Shown piece after piece: positions 7,354 through 14,972 of a stretch of DNA of 37,447 nt. The first letter of the stretch is position 1, and every line of letters starts with the position of its first letter. A program made the position numbers and the translations under genes. The stretch is taken from positions 1 to 37,447 of the forward strand of contig JAEEZC010000363.1 in assembly GCA_016288465.1 (NCBI GenBank), read 5' to 3'. This DNA is from Verrucomicrobiota bacterium (GTDB lineage Bacteria > Verrucomicrobiota > Kiritimatiellia > RFP12 > UBA1067). The notes beneath the pieces were generated by a model that worked only from the letters and a program-made list of their open reading frames with translations, was not told where the DNA came from and did not search any database.

Positions 7354-8174
7354 AACGATCGATGTTTTCCGTGGCCGTTCTCGGCTTTGTCCTGGCCTTT
7401 CTGTATGTTCCCATTCTGCTGGTCGTGGCGTACGGGTTCATACCGAACGGCATCTCGATGAGCTTCTTCGACGCGAACGGGGACTTCGCCGGGTTCACGG
7501 GCAAGTGGTACGCGCAGATATTCTCTGGCCACTACTCGGTAAGGGCGCTTCTGAACAGCTTCTGGCTGTCGCTTACGATTGCGGGGCTCTCCACGGTAGT
7601 GTCCTGCGTGATCGGGACCACGTCGGCGCTTGCCCTACACAGATGGAAGGGGCGGCTCCAGTCGCTACACCATGCGCTCGTCTACACGCCGCTCATAATG
7701 CCGGACATTCTGATCGGAATATCGCTCCTCATGCTGTTTGTGGCGTGCAGGGTCGACTGCGGATTCTGGACGATTCTTGCGGCTCACGTCACGTTCTGCG
7801 TGTCGTATGTCGTCATGACGATACTTGCGCGTCTTCAGGACTTTGACGATCGCATTGTTGAGGCGGCGTTCGACCTGGGAGCAGGTCCATGGTACACGTT
7901 CTTCAAGGTCGAGCTGCCGATACTGCTGCCGGGAATCGTCGCCGGAGGGCTGCTAGCGTTCACGCTATCGATTGACGATGTCGTCATAACGTCGTTCGTG
8001 AACGGAGCCGGAACGAACACGTTTCCGACCTATGTGTCGTCGATGACGAAGCACTCGAAGAATCTGCCGTCGGTGTTCGCTCTCTCGACGCTCATGCTGA
8101 TCTTCACGTGTGTTCTGGTGGGCTTCTCGAAGCTGCTGACAATGCGCTCGCAGGTGCCGCAGCGTCGCAGATGA
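7350..8174 (+). CDS. potC: ABC transporter permease (PotC-like)
   Basis: ATGA overlap with potB. EAA loop EAAFDLGAGPWYTFFKVELP and 6 predicted TM segments. Confidence 0.75.
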   Translation: MKRSMFSVAVLGFVLAFLYVPILLVVAYGFIPNGISMSFFDANGDFAGFTGKWYAQIFSGHYSVRALLNSFWLSLTIAGLSTVVSCVIGTTSALALHRWKGRLQSLHHALVYTPLIMPDILIGISLLMLFVACRVDCGFWTILAAHVTFCVSYVVMTILARLQDFDDRIVEAAFDLGAGPWYTFFKVELPILLPGIVAGGLLAFTLSIDDVVITSFVNGAGTNTFPTYVSSMTKHSKNLPSVFALSTLMLIFTCVLVGFSKLLTMRSQVPQRRR

Positions 8175-8198
8175 GGTCCGATTCGCATTAAACCGGCT

Positions 8199-8957
8199 AT
8201 GAGGATGACAATGAAGAGTTTGGTTCGGTGTTCGGCTGTTCTCGCCATGTCGCTGGCGCTCTGCGGTTGCCCCAGAAGCGAAAGCGACACGCTGAAGATG
8301 GCGACGCACGTGTCGTTCCCTCCGTATGAACTCGTCAGGAACGGCGAGATAGTCGGCGTAGATGTCGAAATCTGCCGCGCCGTCGCAGACCGGCTCGGAC
8401 TTGACTTCAGCGTCGAATCGATGGAATTCGACGCCGTTCTGCCGGCTGTCGTCAGCGGAAAGGCCGATATCGCCGCGTCGGGCATCACCATCACTGACGA
8501 GCGCAAGCGCAATGTGGCGTTCTCGGAACCCTATGCGAGCGCAGGACTTGTGGTCCTGTATCGCAAAGCCGTCCCATACAAGAGCGAAAAGCAGCTGAAG
8601 GCTGGCAAGATTGGTGTGCAGAACGGGACGACGGCGGAGAAGTTCATGCGAGAGGAGATCGGGAAGGAACCGAAATGCTACCGCACGTTTGACGATGCCG
8701 TTGCGGCGCTAAAGGCCGACGAATGCGACTTTGTCTTGGAGGACGCCGCTCCCGCAAATGCCGTTGCCACGAAAGATGCCGAGCTTCAGGTTTCCAAGGC
8801 GATCACATACGAGGAGTATGCGGTCGCGGTTCGAAAGGGGAGCGATATTCTTCTCAAGACAGTCAACGACGTGATAAGGGAGGCCAAGGCCGACGGCAGA
8901 CTCGCCAGATGGTCGGCGGAATTCTCCTCCAGCGCCAAGGAGCTGGGGCGTCGGTGA
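8199..8957 (+). CDS. Family-3 (polar amino acid type) substrate-binding lipoprotein
   Basis: Lipobox LALCGC. SBP_bac_3-like pattern: LKMATHVSFPPYE..GEIVGVDVEICRAVADRLGL...FDAVLPAVVSGKADIAASGITITDERK..VAFSEPY. The likely true start is the ATG at 8211, preceded by GAGGA. Confidence 0.75.
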   Translation: MRMTMKSLVRCSAVLAMSLALCGCPRSESDTLKMATHVSFPPYELVRNGEIVGVDVEICRAVADRLGLDFSVESMEFDAVLPAVVSGKADIAASGITITDERKRNVAFSEPYASAGLVVLYRKAVPYKSEKQLKAGKIGVQNGTTAEKFMREEIGKEPKCYRTFDDAVAALKADECDFVLEDAAPANAVATKDAELQVSKAITYEEYAVAVRKGSDILLKTVNDVIREAKADGRLARWSAEFSSSAKELGRR

Positions 8958-8995
8958 CTTTCGGGATTTTGGTTAATGCGTTTTCCACGACTATA

Positions 8996-9004
8996 TGGTA
9001 AAAT
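8996..9004 (+). promoter_or_regulatory. Extended -10-like box TGGTAAAAT, 9 nt before the ATG at 9014
   Basis: tataTGGTAAAATaacaaaatcATG. A second box, TTTTGGTTAAT, lies at 8967-8977. Confidence 0.35.
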
Positions 9005-9013
9005 AACAAAATC

Positions 9014-10312
9014 ATGAAAGACCTAAAAGAAGCTTACAAAACGATTGAGGCCGACCATTTCGCGCCGAGAATGGAGATTTCGTTCATAAACGGAGACTCT
9101 CGCCAGACGTTCAGTTACGAAAAGGTCACCTGGACAATCGACGGGGAGAAGAAGGGGCTCAGGTACGGCGAGAATCCCGGGCAGGAGGCTGCGCTTTACC
9201 GGCTCGTCAACGGGAACCTTGTGCTTGGAGATGTCGAGATGCTTCAGCCTGGACGATACCTTGCATCCGTTCCGGAGCTTCTGCAGTCAGGCAAGCACCC
9301 TGGCAAGACAAATGTCACAGACACCGACAACGCGCTGAACATTCTGCGCTATCTGATGGACAAGCCGACCGCCGTCATTGTGAAGCACAACAATCCTTGT
9401 GGAGTTGCGACCGGGTCGACGCTGGCCGAGGCGTACTTCCGCGCGAACAAGGCCGATCGTCTTGCGGCGTTTGGCGGCGCGATAGCGCTCAATCGCGAAT
9501 GCGACATGGAAACGGCAAAGCTCATCGTGGAAAACTACGCAGAGGTCGTCGTGGCCCCTGAATTCGCGGCAGGCGTAATGGATCTCTTTGCGGCGAAGAA
9601 GAATCTTAGAGTCTTTCGAATCCGCAACATGGCTCGTCTCGCGGACTTTGTCGCGAAGCATGTCATTGACTTCAAGTCGCTCATCGACGGCGGCATCGTC
9701 GCACAGACGTCGTTCTGCGCCAACGCGAGGAAGCCGGAGGACTTCATGCCTGCGTACTGCAACAGGAAGATCACGGACAAGGCGACTGGAGCGGTCAGCT
9801 TCGAGGAGCACAAGATAAAGAGGCTTCCTACGGCAAAGGAGTACGAGGACCTTGTCTTCGGATGGCTTGTCGAGGCCGGCGTCACGTCGAACAGCGTGCT
9901 TTATGTGAAAGACGGAGCGACCGTCGGCATCGGCACCGGCGAGCAGGATCGCGTCGGCGTTGCCGAAATTGCCCGTGACAAGGCGTATACGAAGCACGCC
10001 GACTGGATTTCATGGGAGAAATTCCAGAAACCGTACAACGACCTCAGGCTGGTATTCGGCGAAAAGGACGGCGCCGCCAAGCAGGCTGAAATCATGGAGC
10101 AGACTCGTGCGGAGAGGGGAGGGCTGCCTGGATGCGCGATGGTGTCGGATGCGTTCTTCCCGTTCCGTGACGGAGCGGAAGTCGGCATCCGCGAAGGCAT
10201 CACGTCGATAGTCCAGCCTGGCGGAGCGATCAGGGATTGGGATGTCATCGACTGCTGCAACGATGCAGGCGTGGCAATGGTCTTTACGGGGCAGCGCAGC
10301 TTTAGACACTGA
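9014..10312 (+). CDS. purH: AICAR transformylase-domain protein (PurH-like, without the N-terminal IMP cyclohydrolase/MGS domain)
   Basis: PurH C-domain motifs: LRYGENPGQ, VKHNNPCGVA, MVSDAFFPFRDG, VQPGGAIRD. It is 432 aa and AICARFT motifs begin at about residue 50, so no IMPCH domain is present. Confidence 0.75.
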   Translation: MKDLKEAYKTIEADHFAPRMEISFINGDSRQTFSYEKVTWTIDGEKKGLRYGENPGQEAALYRLVNGNLVLGDVEMLQPGRYLASVPELLQSGKHPGKTNVTDTDNALNILRYLMDKPTAVIVKHNNPCGVATGSTLAEAYFRANKADRLAAFGGAIALNRECDMETAKLIVENYAEVVVAPEFAAGVMDLFAAKKNLRVFRIRNMARLADFVAKHVIDFKSLIDGGIVAQTSFCANARKPEDFMPAYCNRKITDKATGAVSFEEHKIKRLPTAKEYEDLVFGWLVEAGVTSNSVLYVKDGATVGIGTGEQDRVGVAEIARDKAYTKHADWISWEKFQKPYNDLRLVFGEKDGAAKQAEIMEQTRAERGGLPGCAMVSDAFFPFRDGAEVGIREGITSIVQPGGAIRDWDVIDCCNDAGVAMVFTGQRSFRH

Positions 10313-10350
10313 CCGGCAATCTGAACAACCTACAAAAGGAAGAAAAACAA

Positions 10351-11616
10351 ATGACAAAAGCATCTAGAAGAGATTTCTTCAAGGGCGCGGCGGCAATCGC
10401 TGCGCTCGGCGGGCTGGCGAATCGTGATGCCATTGCCCATGCGGCGAAGCCAAAGGCAAGGAACAATCCGATCTGGCTCATGACGTCCGCATTTCCAGAC
10501 GATGACTTCGACGGTGTCGTCAAGCGCGCGATTGACCTAGGAGCTCAGGGTCTTGAACTGTGCGTTTTCGCAAAGGACACGAATCGTTCTGACCACATTG
10601 CCACCCATCTTGACTACAATGACTTCACGCCCGAGAAGGCCAAGTACGTCATTGACACATGCAACCGCACGGGACTCCGCATATCCGTCGGAGCGTACCA
10701 GAACCTCATAGGCGGCGAAGAGTCGTACCAGATAAAGAATCAGGATCACATCCTCAAGCTGATTCGCATTGCGGCAATGCTAGGCGGTGATGCGAACGAC
10801 GTGGTCTGCGGAACGTTTGTCGGATATGATCAGACTCTCGGACGAACGGACGGCGGTTTCGAGAAGAACCTCTACAAGTTCAAAAAGGTCTTTACGCCGA
10901 TTCTCAAGTACGCCAAGGATCTCGGTGTGACCGTTTGCGTTGAAAACTGCCCGATGGAAGGGTGGGTGCCCGGCTCTTCTCCCGACTGCTATTGCAATCT
11001 GCCTGGCTGTCTTGCAGCAAGAAAGCTGATGTACGCGATTCTTGACGACAGCTCCAACTTGCAGGAGACCTATGATCCGTCGCATGACATCTGGCAGCAT
11101 ATCGATCCAAGCGATGTCCTTAATGCAATGGATTTCAAAAAACTGCGTCGTGTGCACATCAAGGGAACTCGCAACTTCACCAATGATGAAGAGGCTGTAA
11201 ACTGGGGCAGATTGTTCCCGATTCAGCGTGTAGATCCCGCCTTGGCGAAGAAAGCGGGTGTCCCGGTCCTGGCTCCGGATGAAAAGGGGGGCAATTGGGA
11301 TCGTCTAAACTACGAGCCTAGGCTGCCTGGTTTTGGCGGCAATGACTCCTGCGACTGGACGAAGTTCCTTGAAACGCTCATGGCAAAGGGGTATTCCAGG
11401 CCGCTGGTCATTGAAAACGAAGGATGCAACAGCTCCCACACGGGGAACATGGGCGCGACCATGCAGGGTTTCAAGGCGACGATACTGAACACGGCGCCTG
11501 TAGTGTGGCCCCTGGCTGCCGACGGCTACCAGTTCGACAAGAAGACTCTCACGCCTATGAAACTTCCAGCTACTGGAAATCTGCCGGTTATGACGATGGC
11601 AAAGCTGAACGGCTGA
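10351..11616 (+). CDS. Tat-exported sugar-phosphate isomerase/epimerase-like (xylose isomerase-like TIM barrel) protein
   Basis: Twin-arginine signal SRRDFFKGAAAIAALGG. TIM-barrel AP-endo2-like segments (GLELCVF, VCVENCPMEG, HIKG, VIENEG). AAGGAAG SD upstream. Confidence 0.65.
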   Translation: MTKASRRDFFKGAAAIAALGGLANRDAIAHAAKPKARNNPIWLMTSAFPDDDFDGVVKRAIDLGAQGLELCVFAKDTNRSDHIATHLDYNDFTPEKAKYVIDTCNRTGLRISVGAYQNLIGGEESYQIKNQDHILKLIRIAAMLGGDANDVVCGTFVGYDQTLGRTDGGFEKNLYKFKKVFTPILKYAKDLGVTVCVENCPMEGWVPGSSPDCYCNLPGCLAARKLMYAILDDSSNLQETYDPSHDIWQHIDPSDVLNAMDFKKLRRVHIKGTRNFTNDEEAVNWGRLFPIQRVDPALAKKAGVPVLAPDEKGGNWDRLNYEPRLPGFGGNDSCDWTKFLETLMAKGYSRPLVIENEGCNSSHTGNMGATMQGFKATILNTAPVVWPLAADGYQFDKKTLTPMKLPATGNLPVMTMAKLNG

Positions 11617-11626
11617 CCGAAATCAG

Positions 11627-12646
11627 TCAGTCGTTTGGCACATGCCACTTATTGCGCGATCCCCTGATTTCTAGGGGGATCGCGTAACTTTTGGGGGCTG
11701 AAGGGGAGGACTTGTCAAAATCGTCCTTCGCAGAAGTGTCATCCTCGAAGTAGTTAATCGGACCGTTAGAATCGATTCCCTCGAGAAGTGTATCGATATC
11801 ATCCGGCTCACGCTTTTTCTTCTGATCCTTCACATCAGAATCGTCATTAGTTTCGTCCATTATCAAAGTCGCGCGTCTCGGCTTTGCCTCAATCCGCCTC
11901 TGGGGCTTCGATACAGGTTTCTCGTAAAGACCCTCGTCCTCATCCTCGTCGTCGTCAAGGTCTGTGTCGTCAACCAGTTGCTCGCGCCGAACAGATTTTC
12001 TGGCAGTCTGATATAGCTCCGGATAGTGTTTGCGACGATATGCCTCCAATTCCTCTTCGCGTCTGCGTTTGCGGTCCGCTTCAGCCTTTTCGCGTTCTGC
12101 GGCCGCCTTTTCACGCTCGGCCGCAAGGAGTGCCTTCAAGCGCTCTATTTCAAGCTCTGCAGCGGTTTGCTTGGCTTTATTTGCAGCTTCAGAAGCTTTT
12201 GCCTCAGCTTCCTTTTCCGCGTCTATTTCTTTTGATTTCTGCGCAACCACAGCCGTCTGCTGAGCCTCAATGAGCTTTTTCTGCAGTTCTTCAATGCGCG
12301 CCGTCAAGGCAACTATCGCAGAATTGTCCTGTTGGAGCTGAGGCTGTACATTAGACCGTTGAGGTTCACGATTCATCGCGAATTCAACCAATCTGTCATT
12401 GAGAGCCTGGTTTTTCTCATTCGCGTTGTTGAGCAGGAACAAAAACACAACTACAATCACCGTCAGCAGGCATCCAAAGAAAATGCTGAGCGCCAGCATT
12501 CTCTTTCGGGCCTTAGACTGTTCGGCATCTATGTACTGCTGAAACGCTCTAAGAACAGGAAATTCCTCGTTAGGATCTCCTAGTAGACTAAGCGCATTCT
12601 GGTGGGCTTCATCGTCAATTTCCGGCATATTTGGTGTTGCGCTCAT
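11627..12646 (-). CDS. Single-pass membrane protein with a long charged coiled coil; function unknown
   Basis: The start at MSATPN is preceded by AAGGATGG. TM segment LALSIFFGCLLTVIVVVFLFLL. EK/AE-rich coiled coil (AAEREKAAAEREKAEADRKRRREEELEAYRRK) and an acidic tail. Confidence 0.7.
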   Translation of the reverse strand: MSATPNMPEIDDEAHQNALSLLGDPNEEFPVLRAFQQYIDAEQSKARKRMLALSIFFGCLLTVIVVVFLFLLNNANEKNQALNDRLVEFAMNREPQRSNVQPQLQQDNSAIVALTARIEELQKKLIEAQQTAVVAQKSKEIDAEKEAEAKASEAANKAKQTAAELEIERLKALLAAEREKAAAEREKAEADRKRRREEELEAYRRKHYPELYQTARKSVRREQLVDDTDLDDDEDEDEGLYEKPVSKPQRRIEAKPRRATLIMDETNDDSDVKDQKKKREPDDIDTLLEGIDSNGPINYFEDDTSAKDDFDKSSPSAPKSYAIPLEIRGSRNKWHVPND

Positions 12647-12697
12647 GTGACCATCCTTAGTTATTATTTCGAACAATGTCCGTTATGTAAACTTTGG

Positions 12698-13735
12698 TTA
12701 TTCCTGTGCATATACGTACCATGTAGACACTTGAGATTCGGAAAGCGCATTCATGGCACTGTACAGTGTCTCAAGCCGAGAATCAGGCGAGGCATAGATA
12801 AAACATGTGTCAGTAGGATGTTCTTTCGCCTCGGAAAAAGGAATGACTCGCCTTGTGAGCTTCGGATCGAGTCCAGAACCACTCCAGTCTTCTTCGATAA
12901 ACACAAGGCTGTTCGTTGATCCTAACCGAAGTTCATATGGTTGTACGAGCCGTTCTTTGGGATCAAGCCAGCTCACCATGGGCATAAACGCGCTATAGAA
13001 CAAATGACCTGGCACACACCCATTGATCTTGACGGTCGCCGAATCAACGACCCTCAGAGACTTCGCTACAGAGACAGCCTCGGCAACCGTCAACTCGGGG
13101 GAGAAGTCTACAAGAGCTTCGATAGCGCTTTTTGAAGATTCCACTTTCAGCCGCTCCAGAATTTCGCTCGCATTACCAGGTTTGACTGCTAACTCAATGC
13201 ACTTTGTGCGCGTCTTTTCATCCCAGGACAGTGCAAAACGCACCTTCTCGCCCTTCTTCAGAGTTTTAGCCGCTCTATGACAATTGTATACGTCTCCTTG
13301 TCTGTATACACCGTCGAACACTATTGGTGACTGAGAAAGTGTGTAGAGACAGAAAGCGGCCAAAGGCATTGTCTCAGATGCTTCACAGGCGCCATGCCTG
13401 TCTCGAGTTCCACCAGTATATATCGCCGACGACAAAGGCAAACCCTCTGGCATTGCAGTATCGATGAAGTCGCTCATGCGAGGCGAGAGCTCAAGAGGGC
13501 ACCCAACAGGCCAAAGCACGCAGTTTTTTACATCGACAGGTTTGCCGCGCGGAATTCCGCAGGCCTCTATCCCCTTGCAGAACTCATCGACGGACATGTC
13601 GAGAATGAACATCGTTTCATAGTCTCTGTCGGTACCTGGCCCGGCGAAGAGAAATTCGATGGGAGTGCCCTTTTCAACTCCTGTGGCAGAAGCTGTAAAT
13701 GTGAAGACTGCTGCGAATAGAGTGACGAGTGTCAT
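12698..13735 (-). CDS. Secreted protein of unknown function (the N-terminal part is possibly YdjY-like)
   Basis: Signal peptide MTLVTLFAAVFTFTASA. PIEFLFAGPGTDRDYETMFILDMSVDEFCKGIEACGIPRGKP resembles the YdjY-domain pattern (weak, from memory). ATGA overlap with the upstream aminotransferase gene. Confidence 0.7.
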   Translation of the reverse strand: MTLVTLFAAVFTFTASATGVEKGTPIEFLFAGPGTDRDYETMFILDMSVDEFCKGIEACGIPRGKPVDVKNCVLWPVGCPLELSPRMSDFIDTAMPEGLPLSSAIYTGGTRDRHGACEASETMPLAAFCLYTLSQSPIVFDGVYRQGDVYNCHRAAKTLKKGEKVRFALSWDEKTRTKCIELAVKPGNASEILERLKVESSKSAIEALVDFSPELTVAEAVSVAKSLRVVDSATVKINGCVPGHLFYSAFMPMVSWLDPKERLVQPYELRLGSTNSLVFIEEDWSGSGLDPKLTRRVIPFSEAKEHPTDTCFIYASPDSRLETLYSAMNALSESQVSTWYVYAQE

Positions 13736-14934
13736 CTAGCGAACGAAGCCATTGCCCGTTTGAAGCCATCCGCACTGTTGGCGATTATCTTTTCATCAAC
13801 GCTGCAGCTGAGTCGCACGTATCCTGCGTAGCCAAAACCGCTTCCGGGAACTACCAGAACATTCTCTTTTAGAAGAGCGTCGACAAAGACCTTGTCATCA
13901 GCAACTGGGCTCTTGGCAAAGAAGTAGAAAGCCCCTTTCGGCATCTCGAATTCGACACCCGCATCTGAAAGCACCTTGGCCATGAGACGACGGCGACGAT
14001 CATACACTTCAAGATCCACAGTTTCGTTCAGCAGCGCAGCTGCGAGTCGCTGACCGATTACCGGCGCGTTCACAAAGCCTAGTGTGCGGTTTGTCAGAGT
14101 AACTGCGGAAACCAGTTTTTGTCGTTCTGGCATGGCTGGTGACGCCGTGAAGTAGCCGATTCTCTCTCCGGCGAGCGACAAAGTCTTTGAAAACGAGCCA
14201 AGCACACACGCCCACTTCGTAAGCGGCAGGACAGGAGGCACGACAGCGCCGTCAAAGGCGAATGCTCTGTAGGGTTCGTCGGAAAGCAGATAGAGCGGCC
14301 TGCCGTCTTCGCCGCGCTTACGGTTCTCGGCCTCGACGACTGCTGCAATTGCCTGCATGTCTTCGGCCGAGTAGATGCATCCCGTCGGATTATTGGGAGA
14401 ATTGACTATTACTGCCCGGGTCCTGGGTGTGACGGCAGCGGCAATTGCGCTGACATCGGGACGGAAGGTCGGAGGGATGGAAGGTACTGGTTTCAAAACT
14501 CCGCCAAAGTGCCCGCAATACGATCCATACTCCACAAAATACGGAGCTGGTGTTATTATCTCATCGCCAGGTTCAATGACGGCCCGGAAGAAGCTTACCA
14601 TTGCTCCCGCCGCACCAACTGTCATCACCACATTGTCAGGCCCGACGTCCGCGTTCTGCTGCCGTGAAAGATACGCCGCCATTGCTTCACGTACAGATGC
14701 AATGCCGGCATTGGGACAGTAACCAAGACCAAGAGGTTTTACCGCTTCCGCTGCAATACGTTCCAGCTCTACCTTGGTCTTGGCAGGCGGAGGGACGTCT
14801 GGATTACCAAGGGAGAAATCAAAGACGGCATCGTCGCCAAATTTTTTCTTTAGCTCAATGCCCTTCTCAAACATTTTGCGTATGAAGCTCGAAGAGCCCA
14901 TCGCCTTCTCTATATCGCCGGAAAGAAGCCTCAT
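13732..14934 (-). CDS. Class I/II pyridoxal-phosphate-dependent aminotransferase (aspartate/alanine aminotransferase-like)
   Basis: SLGNPDVPPP, NSPNNPTG, and the PLP-lysine motif SFSKTLSLAGERIGY; 400 aa. Confidence 0.85.
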   Translation of the reverse strand: MRLLSGDIEKAMGSSSFIRKMFEKGIELKKKFGDDAVFDFSLGNPDVPPPAKTKVELERIAAEAVKPLGLGYCPNAGIASVREAMAAYLSRQQNADVGPDNVVMTVGAAGAMVSFFRAVIEPGDEIITPAPYFVEYGSYCGHFGGVLKPVPSIPPTFRPDVSAIAAAVTPRTRAVIVNSPNNPTGCIYSAEDMQAIAAVVEAENRKRGEDGRPLYLLSDEPYRAFAFDGAVVPPVLPLTKWACVLGSFSKTLSLAGERIGYFTASPAMPERQKLVSAVTLTNRTLGFVNAPVIGQRLAAALLNETVDLEVYDRRRRLMAKVLSDAGVEFEMPKGAFYFFAKSPVADDKVFVDALLKENVLVVPGSGFGYAGYVRLSCSVDEKIIANSADGFKRAMASFAR

Positions 14935-14972
14935 CTGTCTGCCCCCGTATTATTTCTTCAGCAATGATTTCA

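Noticed and set aside
11600-11640. An intrinsic terminator between the convergent genes ending at 11616 (+) and 11627 (-)
   Set aside because: Only a 4-bp CTGA/TCAG stem is present, without a T-run, which is not convincing. I found no clear rho-independent terminators anywhere in the window by eye.
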